DNA of 64,000 nt from the human T2T-CHM13v2.0 reference genome, Homo sapiens, in NCBI RefSeq assembly GCF_009914755.1, contig NC_060927.1; one strand, written 5' to 3'. Position numbers and translations under genes: made by a program. The notes below the pieces were generated by a model. That model saw only the letters and a list, made by a program, of their open reading frames with translations. It had not been told where the DNA came from and searched no databases. Positions 1 through 12,900 of this stretch are shown piece by piece; the first letter of the stretch is position 1, and every line of letters begins with the position of its first letter.

Positions 1-16
1 ATATTATATACTGTAC

Positions 17-552
17 ATGAAATATCAAAGTTCACAAACTATATATTATGTACTGTACATAAAATATCAAAGTACCCAAGGTATATATTCTATATTGTAC
101 AAAAAATATCAAAGTACCCAAAGCATGTATTATATAATGTACATAAAATATGAAAGTACATCAAATATATATTTTATTCTGTACATAAAATATCAAAGAA
201 CACCAGATATATATTCTATAGTGTACATAAAATATCAAAGTACCCAAAGTATACATTATATACTGTACATAAAATATGAAATTACATCATATATATATTA
301 GGTACATAAAATATGAAAGTACATCAAATATATATTTTATTCTGTACATAAAATATCAAAGTACACCAGATATATATTCTATAGTGTACATAAAATAACA
401 AAGTACACAAACTATAAATTATATACTGTACATAAAATATGAAATTACATCAAATATATATTAGGTACATAAAATATGAAAGTACATCAAATATAGATTA
501 TATACTGTACATATAATATCAATGTACCCGAAATATATATTTTATACTCTAC
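17..552 (+). repeat. 536-bp 13-mer structural variant (four extra monomers, two 5-bp deletions); copies start at 17, 6592, 14115, 20900, 23325, 35357, 37771, 51748, 56439
   Basis: Marker spacing 17->553 = 536 = 13x42 - 2x5. The same spacing occurs at 6592->7128, 14115->14651, 20900->21436, 23325->23861, 35357->35893, 37771->38307, 51748->52284 and 56439->56975. All carry ACATCATATATATATTAGG. Confidence 0.9.
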
Positions 553-930
553 ATGAAATATCAAAGTTCACAAACCATATATTGTATACTGCACATAAAA
601 TATCAAAATACCCAAGGTATATATTCTATACTGTACAAAAAATATCAAAGTACCCAAAGCAGGTATTATATACTGTACATAAAATATGAAAGTACATCAA
701 ATATATATTTTATTCTGTACATAAAATATCAAAGTACACCAGATATATATTCTATAGCGTACATAAAATATCAAAGTACACAAACTATACATTATATACT
801 GTACATAAAATATGAAATTACATCAAATATATATTATATTAGGTACATAAAATATGAAAGTACATCAAATATAGATTATATACTGTAAATATAATATCAA
901 TGTACCCCAAATATATATTTTATACTCTAC

Positions 931-1308
931 ATGAAATATCAAAGTTCACAAACCATATATTATATACTGTACATAAAATATCAAAGTACCCAAGGTATAT
1001 ATTCTATACTGTACAAAAAATATCAAAGTACCCAAAGCATGTATTATATACTGTACATAAAATATGAAAGTACATCAAATATATATTTTATTCTGTACAT
1101 AAAATATCAAAGTACACCAGATATATATTCTATAGTGTACATAAAATATCAAAGTACCCAAACTATACATTATATACTGTACATAAAATATGAAATTACA
1201 TCAAATATATATTATATTAGGTAAATGAAATATGAAAGTACATCAAATATAGATTATATACTGTACATAAAATATGAAAGTACCCCAAATATATATTATA
1301 TACTCTAC
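931..1308 (+). repeat. Representative canonical 378-bp 9-mer nested/higher-order unit (repeated throughout the window)
   Basis: The marker monomer ATGAAATATCAAAGTTCACAAA recurs at 553, 931, 1309, 1687 (378-bp spacing). Nine distinct monomers translate as 1 MKYQSSQTIYYILY, 2 IKYQSTQGIYSILY, 3 KKYQSTQSMYYILY, 4 IKYESTSNIYFILY, 5 IKYQSTPDIYSIVY, 6 IKYQSTQTIHYILY, 7 IKYEITSNIYYIRY, 8 IKYESTSNIDYILY, 9 IKYQSTPNIYYILY. A 378-bp periodicity is established for HSat1A. Confidence 0.95.
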
Positions 1309-4300
1309 ATGAAATATCAAAGTTCACAAACTATATATTATATACTGTACATAAAATATCAAAGTACCCAAGGTATATATTCTATAGTGTACAAAAAATA
1401 TCAAAGTATCCAAAGCATGTATTATATACTGTATATAAAATATGAAAGTACATCAAATATATATTTTATTCTGTACATAAAATATCAAAGTACACCAGAT
1501 ATATATACTATAGTGTACATAAAATATCAAAGTACCCAAACTATACATTATATACTGTACATAAAATATGAAATTACAGCAAATATATATTATATTAGGT
1601 ACATAAAATATGAAAGTACATCAAATATAGATTATATACTCTACATTAAATACCAAAGTACCCCAAATATATATTTTATACTGTACATGAAATATCAAAG
1701 TTCACAAACTATATATTATATACTGTACATAAAATATCAATGTACCCAAGGTATATATTCTATACTGCACAAAAAATATCAAAGTACCCAAAGCATGTAT
1801 TATATACTGTATATAAAATATGAAAGTACATCAAATATATATTTTATTCTGTACATAAAATATCAAAGTACACCAGATATATATTCTATAGTGTACATAA
1901 AATATCAAAGTACCCAAACTATACATTATATACTGTACATAAAATATGAAATTACATCAAATATATATTATATTAGGTACATAAAATACGAAAGTACATC
2001 AAATATAGATTATATACTGTACAAAAAATATGAAAGTACCCCAATATATATTATATACTCTACATGAAATATCAAAGTTCACAAACTATATATTATGTAC
2101 TGTACATAAAATATCAAACTACCCAAGGTATATATTCTATACTGTACAAAAAATATCAAAGTACCCAAAGCATGTATTATATAATGTACATAAAATATGA
2201 AAGTACATCAAATATATATTTTATTCTGTACATAAAATATCAAAGAACACCAGATATATATTCTATAGTGTACATAAAATATCAAAGTACCCAAACTATA
2301 CATTATATACTGTACATAAAATATGAAATTACATCAAATATATATTATATTAGGTAAATGAAATATGAAAGTACATCAAATATAGATTATATACTGTACA
2401 TAAAATATGAAAGTACCCCAAATATATATTATATACTCTACATGAAATATCAAAGTTCACAAACTATATATTATATACTGTCCATAAAATATCAAAGTAC
2501 CCAAGGTATATATTTTATACTGTACAAAAAATATCAAAGTACCCAAAGCATGTATTATATACTATACCTAAAATATGAAAGTACATCAAATATATATTTT
2601 ATTCTGTACATAAAATATCAAAGTACACCAGATATATATTCTACAGTGTATATAAAATATCAAAGTACCCAAACTATACATTATATACTGTACATAAAAT
2701 ATGAAATTACATCAAATATATATTATATTAGGTACATAAAATATGAAAGTACATGAAGTATAGATTATATACTGTACATAAAATATCAAAGTACCCCAAA
2801 TTTATATTATATACTATACATGAAATATCAAAGTTCACAAACTATATATTATATACTGTACATAAAATATCAAAGTACCCAAGGTATATATTCTATAGTG
2901 TACAAAAAATATCAAAGTACCCAAAGCATGTATTATATACCGTACGTAAAATATAAAATTACATCAAATATATATTTTATTCTGTACATAAAATATCAAA
3001 GTACACCAGATATATATTCTATAGTGTACATAAAATATCAAAGTACCCAAACTATACATTATACACTGCACATAAAATATGAAATTACATCAAATATATA
3101 TTAGGTACATAAAATATGAAAGTACATCAAATATAGATTATATACTGTAAATATAATATCAATGTACCCCAAATATATATTTTATACTCTACATGAAATA
3201 TCAAAGTTCACAAACCATATATTATATACTGTACATAAAATATCAAAGTACCCAAGGTATATATTCTATACTGTACAAAAAATATCAAAGTACCCAAAGC
3301 ATGTATTATATACTGTACATAAAATATGAAAGTACATCAAATATATATTTTATTCTGTACATAAAATATCAAAGTACACCAGATATATATTCTATAGTGT
3401 ACATAAAATATCAAAGTACCCAAACTATACATTATATACTGTACATAAAATATGAAATTACATCAAATATATATTATATTAGGTACATGAAATTTGAAAG
3501 TACATCAAATATAGATTATATACTGTACATAAAATATGAAAGTACCCCAAATATATATTATATACTCTACATGAAATATCAAAGTTCACAAACTATATAT
3601 TATATACTGTACATAAAATATCAAAGTACCCAAGGTATATATTCTATACTGTACAAAAAATATCAAAGTATCCAAAGCATGTATTATATACTGTATATAA
3701 AATATGAAAGTACATCAAATATATATTTTATTCTGTACATAAAATATCAAAGTACACCAGATATATATTCTATAGTGTACATAAAATATCAAAGTACCCA
3801 AACTATACATTATATACTGTACATAAAATACGAAATTACAGCAAATATATATTATATTAGGTACATAAAATATGAAAGTACATCAAATATAGATTATATA
3901 CTCTACATTAAATACCAAAGTACCCCAAATATATATTTTATACTGTACATGAAATATCAAAGTTCACAAACTATATATTATATACTGTACATAAAATATC
4001 AATGTACCCAAGGTATATATTCTATACTGCACAAAAAATATCAAAGTACCCAAAGCATGTATTATATACTGTATATAAAATATGAAAGTACATCAAATAT
4101 ATATTTTATTCTGTACATAAAATATCAAAGTACACCAGATATATATTCTATAGTGTACATAAAATATCAAAGTACCCAAACTATACATTATATACTGTAC
4201 ATAAAATATGAAATTACATCAAATATATATTATATTAGGTACATAAAATACGAAAGTACATCAAATATAGATTATATACTGTAAATATAATATCAATGTA

Positions 4301-7300
4301 CCCCAAATATATATTTTATACTCTACATGAAATATCAAAGTTCACAAACCATATATTATATACTGTACATAAAATATCAAAGTACCCAAGGTATATATTC
4401 TATACTGTACAAAAAATATCAAAGTACCCAAAGCATGTATTATATACTATACCTAAAATATGAAAGTACATCAAATATATATTTTATTCTGTACATAAAA
4501 TATCAAAGTACACCAGATATATATTCTACAGTGTACATAAAATATCAAAGTACCCAAACTATACATTATATACTGTACATAAAATATGAAATTACATCAA
4601 ATATATATTATATTAGGTACATAAAATACGAAAGTACATCAAATATAGATTATATACTGTACATAAAATATCAAAGTACCCAATATATATTATATACTGT
4701 ACATGAAATATCAAAGTTCACAAACTATATATTATGTACTGTACATAAAATATCAAAGTACCGAAGGTATATATTCTATACTGTACAAAAAATATCAAAG
4801 TACCCAAAGCATGTATTATATAATGTACATAAAATATGAAAGTACATCAAATATATATTTTATTCTGTACATAAAATATCAAAGTACACCAGATATATAT
4901 TCTATAGCGTACATAAAATATCAAAGTACACAAACTATACATTATATACTGTACATAAAATATGAAATTACATCAAATATATATTATATTAGGTAAATGA
5001 AATATGAAAGTACATCAAATATAGATTATATACTGTACATAAAATATGAAAGTACCCCAAATATATATTATATACTCTACATGAAATATCAAAGTTCACA
5101 AACTATATATTATATACTGTACATAAAATATCAAAGTACCCAAGGTATATATTCTATACTGTACAAAAAATATCAAAGTATCCAAAGTATGTATTATATA
5201 CTGTATATAAAATATGAAAGTACATCAAATATATATTTTATTCTGTACATAAAATATCAAAGTACACCAGATATATATTCTATAGCGTACATAAAATATC
5301 AAAGTACACAAACTATACATTATATACTGTACATAAAATATGAAATTACATCAAATATATATTATATTAGGTACATAAAATATGAAAGTACATCAAATAT
5401 AGATTATATACTGTACATATAATATCAATGTACCCCAAATATATATTTTATACTCTACATGAAATATCAAAGTTCACAAACCATATATTATATACTGTAC
5501 ATAAAATATCAAAGTACCCAAGGTATATATTCTATACTGTACAAAAAATATCAAAGTACCCAAAGCATGTATTATATACTGTACATAAAATATGAAAGTA
5601 CATCAAATATATATTTTATTCTGTACATAAAATATCAAAGTACACCAGATATATATTCTATAGTGTACATAAAATATCAAAGTACCCAAACTATACATTA
5701 TATACTGTACATAAAATATGAAATTACATCAAATATATATTATATTAGGTAAATGAAATATGAAAGTACATCAAATATAGATTATATACTGTACATAAAA
5801 TATGAAAGTACCCCAAATATATATTATATACTCTACATGAAATATCAAAGTTCACAAACTATATATTATATACTGTACATAAAATATCAAAGTACCCAAG
5901 GTATATATTCTATACTGTACAAAAAATATCAAAGTATCCAAAGCATGTATTATATACTGTATATAAAATATGAAAGTACATCAAATATATATTTTATTCT
6001 GTACATAAAATATCAAAGTACACCAGATATATATTCTATAGTGTACATAAAATATCAAAGTACCCAAACTATACATTATATACTGTACATAAAATATGAA
6101 ATTACAGCAAATATATATTATATTAGGTACATAAAATATGAAAGTACATCAAATATAGATTATATACTCTACATTAAATACCAAAGTACCCCAAATATAT
6201 ATTTTATACTGTACATGAAATATCAAAGTTCACAAACTATATATTATATACTGTACATAAAATATCAATGTACCCAAGGTATATATTCTATACTGCACAA
6301 AAAATATCAAAGTACCCAAAGCATGTATTATATACTGTATATAAAATATGAAAGTACATCAAATATATATTTTATTCTGTACATAAAATATCAAAGTACA
6401 CCAGATATATATTCTATAGTGTACATAAAATATCAAAGTACCCAAACTATACATTATATACTGTACATAAAATATGAAATTACATCAAATACATATTATA
6501 TTAGGTACATAAAATACGAAAGTACATCAAATATAGATTATATACTGTACATAAAATATGAAAGTACCCCAATATATATTATATACTCTACATGAAATAT
6601 CAAAGTTCACAAACTATATATTATGTACTGTACATAAAATATCAAACTACCCAAGGTATATATTCTATACTGTACAAAAAATATCAAAGTACCCAAAGCA
6701 TGTATTATATAATGTACATAAAATATGAAAGTACATCAAATATATATTTTATTCTGTACATAAAATATCAAAGAACACCAGATATATATTCTATAGTGTA
6801 CATAAAATATCAAAGTACCCAAACTATACATTATATACTGTACATAAAATATGAAATTACATCATATATATATTAGGTACATAAAATATGAAAGTACATC
6901 AAATATATATTTTATTCTGTACATAAAATATCAAAGTACACCAGATATATATTCTATAGTGTACATAAAATAACAAAGTACACAAACTATAAAATATATA
7001 CTGTACATAAAATATGAAATTACATCAAATATATATTAGGTACATAAAATATGAAAGTACATCAAATATAGATTATATACTGTACATATAATATCAATGT
7101 ACCCGAAATATATATTTTATACTCTACATGAAATATCAAAGTTCACAAACTATATATTGTATACTGCACATAAAATATCAAAATACACAAGGTATATATT
7201 CTATACTGTACAAAAAATATCAAAGTACCCAAAGCAGGTATTATATACTGTATATAAAATATGAAAGTACATCAAATATATATTTTATTCTGTACATAAA

Positions 7301-9379
7301 ATATCAAAGTACACCAGATATATATTCTATAGTGTACATAAAATATCAAAGTACCCAAACTATATATTATATACTGTACATAAAATATGAAATTACAGCA
7401 AATATATATTATATTAGGTACATAAAATATGAAAGTACATCAAATATAGATTATATACTGTACATTAAATACCAAAGTACCCCAAATATATATTTTATAC
7501 TGTACATGAAATATCAAAGTTCACAAACTATATATTATATACTGTAAATAAAATATCAATGTACCCAAGGTATATATTCTATACTGCACAAAAAATATCA
7601 AAGTACCCAAAGCATGTATTATATACTGTATATAAAATATGAAAGTACATCAAATATATATTTTATTCTGTACATAAAATATCAAAGTACACCAGATATA
7701 TATTCTATAGTGTACATAAAATATCAAAGTACCCAAACTATACATTATATACTGTACATAAATATGAAATTACATCAAATATATATTATATTAGGTACAT
7801 AAAATATGAAAGTACATGAAGTATAGATTATATACTGTAGATAAAATATCAAAGTACCCCAAATTTATATTATATACTATACATGAAATATCAAAGTTCA
7901 CAAACTATATATTATATACTGTACATAAAATATCAAAGTACCCAAGGTATATATTCTATAGTGTACAAAAAATATCAAAGTACCCAAAGCATGTATTATA
8001 TACCGTACATAAAATATAAAATTACATCAAATATATATTTTATTCTGTACATAAAATATCAAAGTACACCAGATATATATACTATAGTGTACATAAAATA
8101 TCAAAGTACCCAAACTATACATTATACACTGTACATAAAATATGAAATTACATCAAATATATATTAGGTACATAAAATATGAAAGTACATCAAATATAGA
8201 TTATATACTGTAAATATAATATCAATGTACCCCAAATATATATTTTATACTCTACATGAAATATCAAAGTTCACAAACCATATATTATATACTGTACATA
8301 AAATATCAAAGTACCCAAGGTATATATTCTATACTGTGCAAAAAATATCAAAGTACCCAAAGCATGTATTATATACTGTATATAAAATATGAAAGTACAT
8401 CAAATATATATTTTATTCTGTACATAAAATGTCAAAGTACACCAGATATATATTCTATAGTGTACATAAAATATCAAAGTACCCAAACTATACATTATAT
8501 ACTGTACATAAAATATGAAATTACATCAAATATATATTAAGTACATAAAATATGAAAGTACATCAAATATAGATTATATAGTGTACATAAAATATCAATG
8601 TACACCAAATATATATTATACACTCTACATGAAATATCAAAGTTCACAAACTATATATTATATACTGTCCATAAAATATCAAAGTACCCAAGGTATATAT
8701 TTTATACTGTACAAAAAATATCAAAGTACCCAAAGCATGTATTATATACTATACCTAAAATATGAAAGTACATCAAATATATATTTTATTCTGTACATAA
8801 AATATCAAAGTACACCAGATATATATTCTACAGTGTATATAAAATATCAAAGTACCCAAACTATACATTATATACTGTACATAAAATATGAAATTACATC
8901 AAATATATATTATATTAGGTACATAAAATATGAAAGTACATGAAGTATAGATTATATACTGTACATAAAATATCAAAGTACCCCAAATTTATATTATATA
9001 CTATACATGAAATATCAAAGTTCACAAACTATATATTATATACTGTACATAAAATATCAAAGTACCCAAGGTATATATTCTATAGTGTACAAAAAATATC
9101 AAAGTACCCAAAGCATGTATTATATACCGTACGTAAAATATAAAATTACATCAAATATATATTTTATTCTGTACATAAAATATCAAAGTACACCAGATAT
9201 ATATACTATAGTGTACATAAAATATCAAAGTACCCAAACTATACATTATACACTGCACATAAAATATGAAATTACATCAAATATATATTAGGTACATAAA
9301 ATATGAAAGTACATCAAATATAGATTATATACTGTAAATATAATATCAATGTACCCCAAATATATACTTTATACTCTAC

Positions 9380-9962
9380 ATGAAATATCAAAGTTCACAA
9401 ACCATATATTATATACTGTACATAAAATATCAAAGTACCCAAGGTATATATTCTATACTGTACAAAAAATATCAAAGTACCCAAAGCATGTATTATATAC
9501 TGTACATAAAATATGAAAGTACATCAAATATATATTTTATTCTGTACATAAAATATCAAAGTACACCAGATATATATTCTATAGTGTACATAAAATAACA
9601 AAGTACACAAACTATAAATTATATCCTGTACATAAAATATGAAATTACATCAAATATATATTAGGTACATAAAATATGAAAGTACATCAAATATAGATTA
9701 TATACTGTACATTAAGTACCAAAGTACACCAAATATATATTTTATTCTGTACATAAAATATCAAAGCACACCAGATATATATTCTATAGTGTACATAAAA
9801 TATCAAAGTACCCAAACTATACATTATATACTGTACATAAAATATGAAATTACATCAAATATATATTATATTAGGTAAATGAAATATGAAAGTACATCAA
9901 ATATAGATTATATACTGTACATAAAATATGAAAGTACCCCAAATATATATTATATACTCTAC
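9380..9962 (+). repeat. 583-bp 14-mer structural variant; copies start at 9380, 43207, 46052, 59620
   Basis: Marker spacing 583 = 14x42 - 5. Contains the hybrid monomer ATTAAGTACCAAAGTACACCAAATATATATTTTATTCTGTAC (monomer 9 head, monomer 4 tail) followed by a second pass through monomers 5-9. Confidence 0.88.
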
Positions 9963-12900
9963 ATGAAATATCAAAGTTCACAAACTATATATTATATACT
10001 GTACATAAAATATCAAAGTACCCAAGGTATATATTCTATACTGTACAAAAAATATCAAAGTATCCAAAGCATGTATTATATACTGTATATAAAATATGAA
10101 AGTACATCAAATATATATTTTATTCTGTACATAAAATATCAAAGTACACCAGATATATATTCTATAGTGTACATAAAATATCAAAGTACCCAAACTATAC
10201 ATTATATACTGTACATAAAATATGAAATTACAGCAAATATATATTATATTAGGTACATAAAATATGAAAGTACATCAAATATAGATTATATACTGTACAT
10301 TAAATACCAAAGTACCCCAAATATATATTTTATACTGTACATGAAATATCAAAGTTCACAAACTATATATTATATACTGTACATAAAATATCAATGTACC
10401 CAAGGTATATATTCTATACTGCACAAAAAATATCAAAGTACCCAAAGCATGTATTATATACTGTATATAAAATATGAAAGTACATCAAATATATATTTTA
10501 TTCTGTACATAAAATATCAAAGTACACCAGATATATATTCTATAGTGTACATAAAATATCAAAGTACCCAAACTATACATTATATACTGTACATAAAATA
10601 TGAAATTACATCAAATATATATTATATTAGGTACATAAAATACGAAAGTACATCAAATATAGATTATATACTGTACATAAAATATGAAAGTACCCCAATA
10701 TATATTATATACTCTACATGAAATATCAAAGTTTACAAACTATATATTATGTACTGTACATAAAATATCAAACTACCCAAGGTATATATTCTATACTGTA
10801 CAAAAAATATCAAAGTACCCAAAGCATGTATTATATAATGTACATAAAATATGAAAGTACATCAAATATATATTTTATTCTGTACATAAAATATCAAAGA
10901 ACACCAGATATATATTCTATAGTGTACATAAAATATCAAAGTACCCAAACTATACATTATATACTGTACATAAAATATGAAATTACATCAAATATATTAT
11001 ATTAGGTACATAAAATATGAAAGTACATCAAATATAGATTATATACTGTAAATATAATATCAATGTACCCCAAATATATATTTTATACTCTACATGAAAT
11101 ATCAAAGTTCACAAACCATATATTATATACTGTACATAAAATATCAAAGTACCCAAGGTATATATTCTATACTGTACAAAAAATATCAAAGTACCCAAAG
11201 CATGTATTATATACTATACCTAAAATATGAAAGTACATCAAATATATATTTTATTCTGTACATAAAATATCAAAGTACACCAGATATATATTCTACAGTG
11301 TACATAAAATATCAAAGTACCCAAACTATACATTATATACTGTACATAAAATATGAAATTACATCAAATATATATTATATTAGGTACATAAAATACGAAA
11401 GTACATCAAATATAGATTATATACTGTACATAAAATATCAAAGTACCCCAATATATATTATATACTGTACATGAAATATCAAAGTTCACAAACTATATAT
11501 TATGTACTGTACATAAAATATCAAAGTACCCAAGGTATATATTCTATACTGTACAAAAAATATCAAAGTACCCAAAGCATGTAATATATAATGTACATAA
11601 AATATGAAAGTACATCAAATATATATTTTATTCTGTACATAAAATATCAAAGTACACCAGATATATATTCTATAGCGTACATAAAATATCAAAGTACACA
11701 AACTATACATTATATACTGTACATAAAATATGAAATTACATCAAATATATATTATATTAGGTACATAAAATATGAAAGTACATCAAATATAGATTATATA
11801 CTGTAAATATAATATCAATGTTCCCCAAATATATATTTTATACTCTACATGAAATATCAAAGTTCACAAACCATATATTATATACTGTACATAAAATATC
11901 AAAGTACCCAAGGTATATATTCTATACTGTACAAAAAATATCAAAGTACCCAAAGCATGTATTATATACTGTACATAAAATATGAAAGTACATCAAATAT
12001 ATATTTTATTCTGTACATAAAATATCAAAGTACACCAGATATATATTCTACAGTGTACATAAAATATCAAAGTACCCAAACTATACATTATATACTGTAC
12101 ATAAAATATGAAATTACATCAAATATATATTATATTAGGTACATAAAATACGAAAGTACATCAAATATAGATTATATACTGTACATAAAATATCAAAGTA
12201 CCCCAATATATATTATATACTGTACATGAAATATCAAAGTTCACAAACTATATATTATGTACTGTACATAAAATATCAAAGTACCCAAGGTATATATTCT
12301 ATACTGTACAAAAAATATCAAAGTACCCAAAGCATGTATTATATAATGTACATAAAATATGAAAGTACATCAAATATATATTTTATTCTGTACATAAAAT
12401 ATCAAAGTACACCAGATATATATTCTATAGCGTACATAAAATATCAAAGTACACAAACTATACATTATATACTGTACATAAAATATGAAATTACATCAAA
12501 TATATATTATATTAGGTAAATGAAATATGAAAGTACATCAAATATAGATTATATACTGTACATAAAATATGAAAGTACCCCAAATATATATTATATACTC
12601 TACATGAAATATCAAAGTTCACAAACTATATATTATATACTGTACATAAAATATCAAAGTACCCAAGGTATATATTCTATACTGTACAAAAAATATCAAA
12701 GTATCCAAAGCATGTATTATATACTGTATATAAAATATGAAAGTACATCAAATATATATTTTATTCTGTACATAAAATATCAAAGTACACCAGATATATA
12801 TTCTATAGCGTACATAAAATATCAAAGTACACAAACTATACATTATATACTGTACATAAAATATGAAATTACATCAAATATATATTATATTAGGTACATA

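Noticed and set aside
884-900. TATA-box, bacterial -10 (TATAAT) or forkhead-like (GTAAATA) promoter motifs
   Set aside because: Such motifs are expected by chance in TA-rich satellite, and there is no associated gene or other promoter architecture.
1222-1227. TAA-ATG and ATGA stop/start overlaps resembling translational coupling
   Set aside because: They are produced by single substitutions or 1-bp deletions in the repeat and then copied with the unit.
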